Part shown: positions 27,092-36,231 of the stretch, piece after piece
Layout of the letters: each line of letters begins with the position of its first letter
Position numbering within the stretch: position 1 is the first letter of the stretch
IMG/VR virus record: IMGVR_UViG_3300043418_000072
Location: 186,001-250,000 of that record
Length of the DNA: 64,000 nucleotides
Reading direction: 5' to 3' (one strand)
Notes under the pieces: generated by a model
Told to the model about the DNA's origin: nothing
The model's database searches: none
The model's input: only the letters and a program-made list of their open reading frames with translations
Translations under genes and position numbers: made by a program

Positions 27092-27440
27092 GGGCTCTTT
27101 TGATAAAATATTCTAATACGTTAGTGTATTTACGATCATTGTTGATAAAGTTCTTTGGCCCGTAATGGTATGTTTTTTCTGACCCAACAAATAGGTCTTT
27201 GATTGGACTTAGCTCGGTAGCAGCGGTGTTTACTACGATTGCATCTACTTGCCCTGCTGCCTTGGTAAGCCAATTAACGTCATCTAACTCTGCACTGTAC
27301 AGATACACATTAAATGCTTCGTTATGTCCTGCGCATAAAAATGCCAATGTTTCAACGTCAACTGGATCGACGTCAATTAGCAATACTGAATGATTTGGAT
27401 CTTCTACAAAATCCGGCGGGGTAATAAAGTTAGTTGTCAT
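27060..27440 (-). CDS. conserved hypothetical protein
   Basis: ITPPDF N-terminus; coupled ORF. Confidence 0.7.
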   Translation of the reverse strand: MTTNFITPPDFVEDPNHSVLLIDVDPVDVETLAFLCAGHNEAFNVYLYSAELDDVNWLTKAAGQVDAIVVNTAATELSPIKDLFVGSEKTYHYGPKNFINNDRKYTNVLEYFIKRAHERNHSTDPL

Positions 27441-29080
27441 TTGCTCTTTAGATATTCGCGAATCTGCTCTTGTTCGCTTTCGCTTAGTGTTTCAACATCG
27501 TATTCGCCGCTATTGATTTTGTCAATTAGGTACTTGATGTATTCTTCATTGTAAGTGTAGCTATCAGTTGCTGCTTTGTCAACTTCAATCCACTTAACGC
27601 CATTAAACTTAAACAGCCTAGCTGGCAAGAAGTCTACACGCAGATACATGTCACCTTTGTTTGCAGATTCTGGAAACTTAGTTCCAAAGTCTGCGTTAGC
27701 TGCTTTAGCACGATCAATATTGTCTGCATGGGCATCTAGGTCAGGTACCCACGAGTGACTGAGAGTTTTGATACGAGTATTTGGATCAATGTGCTCTTCA
27801 ACTACTTCTTTCATTGGGCCGGTGTACTCAGGGGGAGTAATGTAGTCACCCGGACGCTCGATTTCGTCAATGCCCATTGTTAGGATCTCTGGAGAAGATT
27901 GCTGGATGCCTAATCCAGACTCAATGGCTATGTCATCTTCGGATTCTTTGGTATCAACTGCGGCCTTAAATGCTTCCACAGACTTGATAAGTTGCGCCAC
28001 TTGTTCATCTGTTAACGGCCCATCATCTTCATCATACTCTGGTGCCATCACCTCATCTGCAACCACTTCACGCTTATGTACCATCGGTGGCAGGTTTGAA
28101 AAATGAACAAAGGGTTTCTTTAGGTACGCAAACAAATCCACTTCCTCTGTAGTGGTAGACTCAGCAGGGACACTCTGAACTATGGGCTCAGCGTCCAACA
28201 CCGTGTAATCGTCTACTGCAATATGTTCCTCTACATCGGGAGTGGGCTCGTGGGGTTCTTCGACTGCAACATGACTGTTAGCGGTCTCCGTATATTTGTT
28301 CACCTCGTCAGGTGTGTGTTCCTCCCCACGTGACCATTTTAGGCTTTGTTGCGCTGCTAAAATTAGCACAAGAGCAAGCGGATCAAACACCGCGACAATC
28401 ATCATGATGACTAACCGTACTGCTTTTTCAAGGATGTTAGCATCTGGGTTGTCCCCGTAGATCAACGCCGCGATGTATTTAATTGGACCGACTTCACTTT
28501 CAACTTTGCGGAATTCAGCCCGCAAAGGCGCTGCCTCTTCGCCAAGGGCGGTAATAGTTTTCTGTTCGGCTTGGATCTCGGATTGAAGTCTTGTGCGTTC
28601 TTTTTGTTGACTACGTCTAATTGCAACAGCTTTGTCGGCACCTTTTTCATCACTGCTTCGAGCCAACACCTGGTCCAAAGCTTCATCCATTTGTTTAATC
28701 GCCTTCCGGTTCGCATCAATATTATCCTTTGAGATTTTGATTTTTTCATCATAGATAGCAACTTTAGCCATGCTATCACCGGATATCATGCTTTGGTCCG
28801 AGTGCGCTTTACTTAGGAAACCAAAGATGCCCATACTAGTTAGTACCATTAGGAATGCCACGGCCGGCACAAGGTATAACTTGTAGGTCCAGCTAGCACG
28901 TTCCCAATTGAGTTTTAGCCAAACTGCGGCAGTGATTTTGCCTACTCCGAGCACTGCACCCATAATAACAATGGGCCAAAAAGCCGCAGAGAAGATAGCA
29001 GTAAGACCTACAATGCTGTAGTATTCTGCAACGGCACTAATAATTAGTGCTACAAGAAGTGTGAAATATCCGAATATCAT
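27437..29080 (-). CDS. membrane-anchored coiled-coil protein with an acidic linker
   Basis: Three N-terminal TMs, coiled coil, TM ending FDPLA, C-terminal FG.KFP...GD..LRVD..P.RLFKF; ATAAATA upstream. Confidence 0.75.
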   Translation of the reverse strand: MIFGYFTLLVALIISAVAEYYSIVGLTAIFSAAFWPIVIMGAVLGVGKITAAVWLKLNWERASWTYKLYLVPAVAFLMVLTSMGIFGFLSKAHSDQSMISGDSMAKVAIYDEKIKISKDNIDANRKAIKQMDEALDQVLARSSDEKGADKAVAIRRSQQKERTRLQSEIQAEQKTITALGEEAAPLRAEFRKVESEVGPIKYIAALIYGDNPDANILEKAVRLVIMMIVAVFDPLALVLILAAQQSLKWSRGEEHTPDEVNKYTETANSHVAVEEPHEPTPDVEEHIAVDDYTVLDAEPIVQSVPAESTTTEEVDLFAYLKKPFVHFSNLPPMVHKREVVADEVMAPEYDEDDGPLTDEQVAQLIKSVEAFKAAVDTKESEDDIAIESGLGIQQSSPEILTMGIDEIERPGDYITPPEYTGPMKEVVEEHIDPNTRIKTLSHSWVPDLDAHADNIDRAKAANADFGTKFPESANKGDMYLRVDFLPARLFKFNGVKWIEVDKAATDSYTYNEEYIKYLIDKINSGEYDVETLSESEQEQIREYLKSK

Positions 29081-29151
29081 AGTGTGTATTTATTGGGGTT
29101 AACCAACAGTTTACATTATGATATCTGTAAAGTCAAAAGTTTTGATTAAAT

Positions 29152-29358
29152 TTAGGTGGTCCAGGGTCGGCCTTGCACTAGGCCTCCGACGTTTGGATTG
29201 TCTACAACATCGTCGCCGCTGTACTGTGTTGGCAATTGGGTGATATCATATACATCACGCGGGTTACCTACTGCTGCGCGGTCAGTTGCTGCAAGGTCAA
29301 GTTTAGCCTTTTGCTTTGCTTCTTTTGTGGATAGGGTTGAGATTCCGTTTTGTGACAT
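29152..29358 (-). CDS. small late protein
   Basis: NGISTL...LPTQY...GLVQGRPW; CTAAATA 4 nt before ATG. Confidence 0.7.
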   Translation of the reverse strand: MSQNGISTLSTKEAKQKAKLDLAATDRAAVGNPRDVYDITQLPTQYSGDDVVDNPNVGGLVQGRPWTT

Positions 29359-29370
29359 ACAGTATTTAGC

Positions 29371-29553
29371 CTACTGCAACGTAGATTGAGTATACCCAGC
29401 ACCGCCCATTTTAATCATTGCGGTGTGCATAACAATGCGTTCAAACTCTTTTATTTCATCAAAAGTTGCTGCGGTTTCTGGTAGCAGCCCGTGACATACG
29501 TTCCAAAGTCGTTGAATGTCTTCTTCCTCTAGCCAACTATCGAATGTGCTCAC
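29371..29553 (-). CDS. hypothetical protein
   Basis: Coupled small ORF. Confidence 0.55.
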   Translation of the reverse strand: MSTFDSWLEEEDIQRLWNVCHGLLPETAATFDEIKEFERIVMHTAMIKMGGAGYTQSTLQ

Positions 29554-29732
29554 AGTTTAGCCTTAATGTTTGCAATAACTTCTTTGGCGTCTGCGTAGTC
29601 CATCATTTCCATGAAGTTGTCTTGTGCTTGCCCTTGAAACTCGCCAAATTGGCGCTGGAAGTTTTCCAGATCACGCTTGGTCAGCTCGATGCTAAATGTA
29701 TAACCGTTAATAGAAAGTGGCTTGTTGTTCAT
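29550..29732 (-). CDS. hypothetical protein
   Basis: Coupled small ORF; AAGGA RBS. Confidence 0.6.
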   Translation of the reverse strand: MNNKPLSINGYTFSIELTKRDLENFQRQFGEFQGQAQDNFMEMMDYADAKEVIANIKAKL

Positions 29733-30106
29733 GATATTTTCCTTGGTGAAGAACGACGATCGCTATAGAGTTGGTCTCCGCGATCTCTGATTAAGTCTGC
29801 TGCTGCTTGAGGGTCTTCCTCGAACATGCGAATCATGCTGTCTTTATCAATGCTGGGTGTAGTATTGATTTTGTAGATTTCGTAATTGCGCTGTGGATTG
29901 TAACGAGCCCGCAACTGCATCATGTGGATCATTTTTGTGATTTTATTCAATGCTTCATTGTGCGGCTCAATGTTGGGGTTTTTAATGCGCTCAAAAATAC
30001 TTTCACGCTCAAAGTCATCACAGCGTACGAGATCATCTGTAATGTCCACGCAGGCTTCAAGGCCTTCGCAGTCCCAGCTGAGGATGAAAGTATTTGTCTT
30101 GCTCAT
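29729..30106 (-). CDS. conserved hypothetical protein
   Basis: WDCEGLE...LRARYNPQRNYEIY...PQAAADLIR. Confidence 0.75.
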   Translation of the reverse strand: MSKTNTFILSWDCEGLEACVDITDDLVRCDDFERESIFERIKNPNIEPHNEALNKITKMIHMMQLRARYNPQRNYEIYKINTTPSIDKDSMIRMFEEDPQAAADLIRDRGDQLYSDRRSSPRKIS

Positions 30107-30107
30107 A

Positions 30108-30512
30108 TTACTTAACCAATGCGTAGGGCTTGTCCCAACGGCCCACGTTTACATCCACATACCAACCAACGTTGAAGTAGTCGGTCTGGATGTCGCTTTT
30201 GTCCCAATTGCCGTCATTCATGACTGCAAAGATTTTACGCAAAAACACAAGAGCAACACCATCAAAGTGTTCCTGAAACCAGTAAGGATTCACGTCCAGT
30301 GAGCCTTCTGCTTTGCGCCAATCGCGCCCGTGTGCTTTAGATTCGCTAACTCGGTTCGCGTTACCAATGAAGTCAATTTCACCTTGGCTAATGTTAAGCA
30401 CAAGGGTAGAGTGATGACGTACTGCAATGCTGGCCTTGACCTTGTACTCTTTGCAAATTGCACGAAGTTGTGGGGCCAATTTTGCTTTAAGTTCTTGACT
30501 AACGTATGCCAT
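30108..30512 (-). CDS. conserved early phage protein
   Basis: MAYVSQE...DKSDIQTDYFNVGWY; AGGAG RBS; early promoter upstream. Confidence 0.8.
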   Translation of the reverse strand: MAYVSQELKAKLAPQLRAICKEYKVKASIAVRHHSTLVLNISQGEIDFIGNANRVSESKAHGRDWRKAEGSLDVNPYWFQEHFDGVALVFLRKIFAVMNDGNWDKSDIQTDYFNVGWYVDVNVGRWDKPYALVK

Positions 30513-30544
30513 CTTCTACTCCTGTTTTGCTTTGCTATGTAGTT

Positions 30545-30573
30545 ATTATAGCAAGAAATCCATTTCGGGTCAA
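30545..30573 (-). promoter_or_regulatory. sigma70 early promoter (copy 3)
   Basis: GGTTGACCCGAAATGGATTTCTTGCTATAAT, 17-bp spacer. Confidence 0.8.
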
Positions 30574-30601
30574 CCAAAATCTAGCACTAAAAAGTACTAC
30601 T

Positions 30602-30877
30602 TTAGTTAGTTAACTGCAATAGCACCAAAGTGGCATCTGCTTCGTTAGTAAAGCTGATCCAATATGGGCGATAGCCATTGTTGCCACGCACAGGGGAACC
30701 AAAGTTGGATTTCCAAACTTGGCTATGGTTGTAGGCATATTGACTGCCATGGATGTCGTGCATGATGCGTTCAATCTTGGGGCACAGTTTACTATCGTAG
30801 CTGCTAAAACGAAACGCCCAATGGTGATGGTGTTCCTTGTATGCCTTATGCGTTTTGTTTAATTTTACCAATCTCAT
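30602..30877 (-). CDS. hypothetical protein
   Basis: Clean ORF in the early block. Confidence 0.65.
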   Translation of the reverse strand: MRLVKLNKTHKAYKEHHHHWAFRFSSYDSKLCPKIERIMHDIHGSQYAYNHSQVWKSNFGSPVRGNNGYRPYWISFTNEADATLVLLQLTN

Positions 30878-30878
30878 T

Positions 30879-31166
30879 CTAATGCCCCAATGTCAACATC
30901 ACCATGGTGATGTAATGTTCTTCCCTCATGTAAATGCGTCTGCGCTTGGCGGTTGCATTCATCTCGAGGCGGTAGTTCTCATTGTACTTGCGAATATTAA
31001 ATCCGTTTGCAGTGGGCACCGATTCGTGTGACGGCCCGTACATGTCTACAAATGCTGGGATTAACTTTTTGAATAACTCCCGCTCACCGTGCCACATAAA
31101 CTCGCAGATGTAAATTAACCCTTGGTTGTGGTATTTGTACCTACCATCACTTTTGAACACTCTCAT
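30879..31166 (-). CDS. hypothetical protein (similar architecture to 30602..30877)
   Basis: MRV.K..., C-terminal R-I-Y...T-x-V-x-L. Confidence 0.65.
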   Translation of the reverse strand: MRVFKSDGRYKYHNQGLIYICEFMWHGERELFKKLIPAFVDMYGPSHESVPTANGFNIRKYNENYRLEMNATAKRRRIYMREEHYITMVMLTLGH

Positions 31167-31332
31167 ATCTTGTCACCAAATCTTTTGCGTTTGCGTCTAA
31201 CTGTTTCATGTGCTTATCCAGCTTGTCCTGAAACTTATTACGATCACTTTTTGCTTTTTGCCAATCTTCCCACATCTCCAGGGCTTGTGAGCCTTTTGCC
31301 AGGATGCTGCCTTTATACACCACTTGTTTCAT
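31147..31332 (-). CDS. hypothetical protein
   Basis: Overlapping-coupled ORF. Confidence 0.6.
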   Translation of the reverse strand: MKQVVYKGSILAKGSQALEMWEDWQKAKSDRNKFQDKLDKHMKQLDANAKDLVTRYESVQK

Positions 31333-31591
31333 TTGCTGCCTTGTTTGCTAGGTTGGCCAATCGACGTGCTTCGTTGCTGGCACGTTGCTCGGCTTTTTTC
31401 TGGGTGCGACGTTCGTGCTCTCGCCAAGACACTTCTGCATTAATATCCTTGGCTACTTCTTCCTGCGTTTTGCCATATGCTTCTGCTAAAAGAATGTATG
31501 CACACCAAGCATTGTAGCGCAACCGGTCACTCATTTGATCCACAGTGAAATGGATCATTTCTTCGTAAGTTTTCATTTTCCAAAGACCCAT
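31313..31591 (-). CDS. hypothetical protein
   Basis: ORF in the early block. Confidence 0.6.
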   Translation of the reverse strand: MGLWKMKTYEEMIHFTVDQMSDRLRYNAWCAYILLAEAYGKTQEEVAKDINAEVSWREHERRTQKKAEQRASNEARRLANLANKAANETSGV

Positions 31592-31676
31592 CTAAGCAAG
31601 TTTAACACAACGGCAATTGGCAACAACAAGATTGAGCCAACCCAATACTTGATGTGATACCAAATGCCAAACTCTT

Positions 31677-31979
31677 TCATTTCCAACCTCTGTTGGGATC
31701 AAGTTCTTCTGCCGTCCATCCGCCACCGCCCATGCGGTCCGGGTTAGTGATCCAGCTGTCGTCGGCAGCTTGCTTGCAACACACTTCCACATCCTGCAAG
31801 ATACGCTTGAGTTCGTCAATGTTGATTGTCAGAAAGCGAATAATTGCCTGGTGGGCGGAGTCACTATAGCAATCACCATCTTCTAGTTCTTGGCGTCTTT
31901 TAACCAGCAATTCTTCCTTGCCGGCGATTGTGTTACGCAGATTTTCTGCTACGGTTTGGATGTTCATTTTGCTCTCCAT
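31677..31979 (-). CDS. hypothetical protein
   Basis: SWITNPDRMGG motif; coupled ORF. Confidence 0.65.
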   Translation of the reverse strand: MESKMNIQTVAENLRNTIAGKEELLVKRRQELEDGDCYSDSAHQAIIRFLTINIDELKRILQDVEVCCKQAADDSWITNPDRMGGGGWTAEELDPNRGWK

Positions 31980-32191
31980 TCTGTTACACCATGTTCTTGA
32001 CCGAAACCCATGTATTCAGCAACATAGTCGCCAGCATATTCGCAACCTGCGTCCTGTGCCATGTCAGCGGCATCAGCACATTCCTTCACAATCAACTCGG
32101 CGAAGATTTTTTGCCATTCTGTAGATCCTGTTGGAGCTCCGGTCCGTAGTAATGTTTCATATGCAATTTTTGCTATTAGCTGTTCGTTCAT
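31964..32191 (-). CDS. hypothetical phage protein
   Basis: MNEQ...FAELIVKEC family motif. Confidence 0.7.
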   Translation of the reverse strand: MNEQLIAKIAYETLLRTGAPTGSTEWQKIFAELIVKECADAADMAQDAGCEYAGDYVAEYMGFGQEHGVTEWRAK

Positions 32192-32412
32192 TTTTCAACC
32201 CCGAAATGTTTCTTTGCTACTGATACCCCTTCATCAACATCAGTGTAATGTAACACAATGTTGGTACATTTGCGCACAACCATTTCGGTGTACTGTTGCA
32301 GTTCATAAGTGGTCATAGTAAACATGGGGTTACCACAAACATTCTTAACTATCTGGCAACCTGTGAGTTTAGCAAGGTTGTGTATTTGTTCACGGTCAGT
32401 AATCATACGCAC
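32188..32412 (-). CDS. hypothetical phage protein (paralog-like to 31964)
   Basis: YTEMVVRKC...KKHFGVE. Confidence 0.65.
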   Translation of the reverse strand: MRMITDREQIHNLAKLTGCQIVKNVCGNPMFTMTTYELQQYTEMVVRKCTNIVLHYTDVDEGVSVAKKHFGVEK

Positions 32413-32413
32413 C

Positions 32414-32614
32414 TTAGTCTTTCATTACACGAGAACCAACATACTTGTCACCTGTGCAAGTTGGACGGAGTTCTGCAACCATGCCTTTGGCTTCGTCTTC
32501 AGTTAAGCCTGCTTTGATCACACGCTCAGAACTGTAACCACGTCCACCTGCAGGAGGAGCAAAAAATCGCTCAACGTATACTTCGTAAAACTTTGGATAG
32601 TAATCTTTTGGCAT
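32414..32614 (-). CDS. hypothetical protein
   Basis: AAGGAG RBS downstream of an early promoter. Confidence 0.65.
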   Translation of the reverse strand: MPKDYYPKFYEVYVERFFAPPAGGRGYSSERVIKAGLTEDEAKGMVAELRPTCTGDKYVGSRVMKD

Positions 32615-32643
32615 ATCTGACTCCTTTTTGCTGCTATGTGTAT

Positions 32644-32672
32644 ATTATAGCAAAGAAATCATTTTCGGACAA
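32644..32672 (-). promoter_or_regulatory. sigma70 early promoter (copy 4)
   Basis: TTGTCCGAAAATGATTTCTTTGCTATAAT, 17-bp spacer. Confidence 0.75.
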
Positions 32673-32673
32673 A

Positions 32674-32940
32674 TCAAACATCACCTTTGAGGGTGTGCCA
32701 AACTTTGGGATCCATGCCCAAATACACACTGTATACTTTATAGTTACGCCAGCGGCTGTACCTTTCTGTATAGCTGATCAGCTTGTCCAGGAACCACTCG
32801 CGGAACCACAGGGGATTCAAAAACCCAATGATCATAACTGCTACAACTACGGGCAGCATGGGCCAGGTAAGCAAGATGCTTAGTGACTGCGCACGCCAAA
32901 AGTGGCCACCGTCGCGGGTCATTTTAATTGTTTTAGACAC
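32674..32940 (-). CDS. small membrane protein
   Basis: One TM segment; GTG start with AAGGA RBS. Confidence 0.6.
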   Translation of the reverse strand: MSKTIKMTRDGGHFWRAQSLSILLTWPMLPVVVAVMIIGFLNPLWFREWFLDKLISYTERYSRWRNYKVYSVYLGMDPKVWHTLKGDV

Positions 32941-32949
32941 TGTTGTTCC

Positions 32950-33102
32950 TTAGATAAAAATTACCAACATAACCAATCCCATTATAACAAACAGGCCGAT
33001 GGTGTCGGCAATGTCCTCGCCCTGCCCATATTTGTAGTTGTCCAGTGGACGAATACAGTCCTGAAATTCTTTTGAATTTAAGTAAGCGATTAGTTTCTTC
33101 AT
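32950..33102 (-). CDS. small membrane protein (50 aa), leaderless
   Basis: Hand-translated MKKLIAYLNSKEFQDCIRPLDNYKYGQGEDIADTIGLFVIMGLVMLVIFI. Confidence 0.6.
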   Translation of the reverse strand: MKKLIAYLNSKEFQDCIRPLDNYKYGQGEDIADTIGLFVIMGLVMLVIFI

Positions 33103-33108
33103 GTATGT

Positions 33109-33137
33109 ATTATAACCGAGAATCCATTATCAGTCAA
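33109..33137 (-). promoter_or_regulatory. sigma70 early promoter (copy 5)
   Basis: TTGACT-17-TATAAT; ATG lies 6 nt after the -10. Confidence 0.75.
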
Positions 33138-33160
33138 CCAAAAAAAAGTAGTACTTAGTA

Positions 33161-33375
33161 CTACTCTTTTAAAACGTCAAAGATGTTGCCATATTCATAA
33201 CGTTTCCAATCATCCATGTCAACGTAGGTATTAACACATCGGCGGAGTACAGTTTTAAGCCATACCCGTTCGCCGTGTATCTTTACTGGCCGCCATGCAA
33301 ACCACTCTTGCCAAGGGCCTGTTTCAATTTTTCTAGCAACGTACCCGCCACTACTAGATCCACCAAACCACTCAT
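33161..33375 (-). pseudogene. frameshifted small phage gene (WFAWRPV..G..VWL family)
   Basis: The ATG at 33375 is out of frame with the protein-like frame; span is 215 nt, and one extra T restores a 71-aa ORF. Confidence 0.45.
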
Positions 33376-33377
33376 CC

Positions 33378-34283
33378 TTAGGCCACCTCCAAATAGTTGC
33401 GTACCCATGCTAGACGAGCTTGCTCATCCATTGCTGTATATTCTTCAATGTTAGCACGGATAGCGTCCACCAGTGGGTAGTACTCTTCGTCTAACTGCTT
33501 CTTAATATCAGCTTGCATGTTAACCAGCTTGTCTGTGCGTGGATTGCGAGAAACCCACTTTGAGGTCAAGTAGTACGGGCTTTTGATTTTAGCACTCACA
33601 CCGGTGTCGGTATAGAACACATAACCTTCATGCTTACATTCCTTTGACATTTGCACAAGGTGTTCCATATTAGTTGTTACACTTTCTGGACAATAGCACT
33701 TGAACACTTCTGCCAATTCTTTAAGCATAGCTGGGTCATGTCCTACACGGCTACCCCATTCGTTCTCACGGTAACCCAAAATGTACATACCAGCCTTTTC
33801 AGGAATGATATGTGGGTCAGAGGGATGCACACACTCAAACATATAAGTCATGCCACGTAAGTCAGCTGAGCACATTGCCATTTGCCAGTCTGCCCAAGGC
33901 ATGTGCTTCTGCATCATTTCCTTGGCGTACTCAACATAGTCGTTGGCAGTAGATCCAGTAGTGGAAACCAACACGTCGCCGTTATACCAAGTACATGCAA
34001 CCATGAAGCCGTTTACTTTACGGAAAGCAGTTACCTTAGTATCTGGAGCAAGCACTGGTGCTTCCTTTTCGATACCATAGTTGTAGATCTTTGTGAATGG
34101 ATATGTAACTAGGTTAAAATCCGCATCCACAATACTTCCACGGCATTCAGCAATGTATTCGTTCCACAAGTTATCGTAGAACACTTTCTTCTTGTACTTG
34201 AGCACATAAATGTCTGGGCCACACTCTTTCATGTTAACTAGTCCCGACGAGTTTACGTACTCTTTTAGCTTGTCCTTAAACAT
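33378..34283 (-). CDS. T4 Rnl1-like RNA ligase
   Basis: ECRG, PFTKIYN, KVNG (motif I variant), YMFE, HII, EGYV, AKIKSPYY; start reassigned to MFKDKLK. Confidence 0.88.
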   Translation of the reverse strand: MFKDKLKEYVNSSGLVNMKECGPDIYVLKYKKKVFYDNLWNEYIAECRGSIVDADFNLVTYPFTKIYNYGIEKEAPVLAPDTKVTAFRKVNGFMVACTWYNGDVLVSTTGSTANDYVEYAKEMMQKHMPWADWQMAMCSADLRGMTYMFECVHPSDPHIIPEKAGMYILGYRENEWGSRVGHDPAMLKELAEVFKCYCPESVTTNMEHLVQMSKECKHEGYVFYTDTGVSAKIKSPYYLTSKWVSRNPRTDKLVNMQADIKKQLDEEYYPLVDAIRANIEEYTAMDEQARLAWVRNYLEVA

Positions 34284-34737
34284 ACCAAATTTCCTTAAAG
34301 CCTTCTTCTTCAGAGGGCATTTCCAAATTATCAATCATGCTGCGCATAACATGCTCGGGAATTGTTTTACCCAGGCGGCTTTCTAAACGACGAGCATGTT
34401 CTTCGGGCTCAGGAGTTCTAAACACCACTGCAATCTTTTCGTACTTGGGCAACATGGCCAATTTCTTTGCACGGCTTTTTGCTGAGGTGTTGGTTTGATC
34501 CCAAATCACGTCTGTGCCATTTGCTTGGCAGATCAACACTTGGTTATCCATCAAGCGCATAGCAATAGGCGCATATTCTTTGAACACTTCGTTGTAAGTC
34601 TTGCCTTCTTTTTCAGCATACTCGTCAATGAAGCGATCGCTGCTAACTACAGGCATGTCCTTAGTCCAGTCTTGCGACTTGATCCAAGTGCTCTTGCCGC
34701 TAGCGGGCACTCCGATTAACATATACAATTTGTTCAT
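34276..34737 (-). CDS. P-loop polynucleotide kinase-like (AAA_33) protein
   Basis: LIGVPASGKST, SSD, WDQTN...R; leaderless start MNKLYML. Confidence 0.88.
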   Translation of the reverse strand: MNKLYMLIGVPASGKSTWIKSQDWTKDMPVVSSDRFIDEYAEKEGKTYNEVFKEYAPIAMRLMDNQVLICQANGTDVIWDQTNTSAKSRAKKLAMLPKYEKIAVVFRTPEPEEHARRLESRLGKTIPEHVMRSMIDNLEMPSEEEGFKEIWYV

Positions 34738-34743
34738 GTGTGT

Positions 34744-34772
34744 ATTATAGCAAGAAACCCATTTCGGGTCAA
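34744..34772 (-). promoter_or_regulatory. sigma70 early promoter (copy 6)
   Basis: GGTTGACCCGAAATGGGTTTCTTGCTATAAT. Confidence 0.8.
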
Positions 34773-34778
34773 CCAAAA

Positions 34779-34952
34779 TTACTCGTCGTAATTGCTGTTT
34801 TCAATGCGTAAGCGTTCTATCTCGTTCGCTGCTTCTTCGAGAATGTCGGCAATGCGATCCGGAGTTCCTTCCTCGACGCTTTTACGTCCTGGAATTTGTC
34901 TCCGGATCTCTGCACGTTTGCGCAAACGATAAACTAAGTCTTGTTCATCCAT
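34779..34952 (-). CDS. conserved small phage protein (57 aa)
   Basis: Hand-translated MDEQDLVYRLRKRAEIRRQIPGRKSVEEGTPDRIADILEEAANEIERLR. Confidence 0.7.
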   Translation of the reverse strand: MDEQDLVYRLRKRAEIRRQIPGRKSVEEGTPDRIADILEEAANEIERLRIENSNYDE

Positions 34953-35022
34953 TAGTGATATCTTTCATCCCATTCAATAATTGGGCTAGTTGTATAAATA
35001 CATTATAACAGAAAGTATCAAT

Positions 35023-35679
35023 ATGTCAAATCTACTCAATGCTTATCCGACAGTGTTTGTTGATAACAAATACTTACACTGGTACGAAAAACTTACCTCT
35101 AATCCCTCGGTTGGTGGATATTTAGAAAAACATCACATTGTGCCAAAATCGATTGTGCCGAATACTAGCCTAATTTCGCTCACAGCACGACAGCATTATA
35201 TTGCTCACTTACTCCTAATTAAATGTGTTACACCCAAATACAAAAGGAAGATGTTGTATGCTCTTACTGCAATGAAAATGCGGACGATTAAGGGTATAAA
35301 GTTCAATTCAAGGTTATTTGAGACTTTTAAAATTGAAGCAAATAAAAATCGAAGAGAGGCACTAACAGGAAGAAAACATTCAGCAGAAACAAAGGAAAAG
35401 ATTAAGGCAAAGCGGGCATTGCAGACCATTTCTAACGAGACCAAGCTCAAAATGAGTGCCGCTCACAAAGGGAAAAAAAATTCTCCAGAAGCAATAGAAA
35501 AAACCCGTCAAGCACACATTGGATCCAAGCGAAGCGACGAGACTAAGCAACGACTAATTGAAAGTAGACAATATTATCCTCGCATCAAGTGCGAGCACTG
35601 CGGAATGGAGGTTGTTACCGTCAACTATAATAGATGGCACGGTAACAACTGCAAAAAACGAATCAATGATGAGTTTTAA
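35023..35679 (+). CDS. HNH homing endonuclease with NUMOD3 repeats
   Basis: EKHHIVPKS...LTARQHYIAHLLL; GRKHSAETKEKI repeats; C-terminal CEHC...RWHGNNCK; TATAAATA at 34993-35000. Confidence 0.88.
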   Translation: MSNLLNAYPTVFVDNKYLHWYEKLTSNPSVGGYLEKHHIVPKSIVPNTSLISLTARQHYIAHLLLIKCVTPKYKRKMLYALTAMKMRTIKGIKFNSRLFETFKIEANKNRREALTGRKHSAETKEKIKAKRALQTISNETKLKMSAAHKGKKNSPEAIEKTRQAHIGSKRSDETKQRLIESRQYYPRIKCEHCGMEVVTVNYNRWHGNNCKKRINDEF

Positions 35680-36211
35680 TTTCTCGTTTTAACGCCGATG
35701 CAATTACCTCATCCATGCTAACTGCAATTACTCCTGTGGCATCCATTCCAACATCTTGCATACGATACTTTTCCATGCCAGTTGTGCCGCCATGCAAGTG
35801 ACCATACAAGTGGACGCTACCTCGGTGCATCTGGTCCCATTCTAAGAATGGAAAATGTGACATCACAACCATTGTGCCGTTGTATTGGATGGCCAAGTAC
35901 TTGTGTACTTCTTCAAAAGATTCAAAGAAGTGCTTGTCCATCAATGTTTTACGGTCATGGTTGCCTTCAACCAAGATCTTTTTACCGTTCAACCGGTTCA
36001 TGATCTTGCTTGCGTCGAATCCGCCCATAAATGCCACGTCACCCAAGATGTAGGTGGTGTCTTCTGGTCCAATCAACTCGTTCCATTCTTTAATCATTGC
36101 TTCAGTCATGTAAGCAATGTCGTCTTTAAATCGTGCGCGAGTCACTGGACAGAACTTTGTGATGTTTCTGTGGCCGAAGTGTAAGTCGCTAGTTACCCAA
36201 GTTTTTGTCAT
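35663..36211 (-). CDS. calcineurin-like metallophosphoesterase
   Basis: SDLHFGH, LGD, GNHD, SHFP, GHLH. Confidence 0.92.
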   Translation of the reverse strand: MTKTWVTSDLHFGHRNITKFCPVTRARFKDDIAYMTEAMIKEWNELIGPEDTTYILGDVAFMGGFDASKIMNRLNGKKILVEGNHDRKTLMDKHFFESFEEVHKYLAIQYNGTMVVMSHFPFLEWDQMHRGSVHLYGHLHGGTTGMEKYRMQDVGMDATGVIAVSMDEVIASALKREIKTHH

Positions 36212-36231
36212 ATTTGTATTTTACTCGATTA

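Noticed and set aside
31592-31819. 75-aa minus-strand ORF overlapping 31677..31979
   Set aside because: Mostly overlaps a better-supported gene in another frame; only a short 3' portion could be a real mini-gene, and I cannot support it
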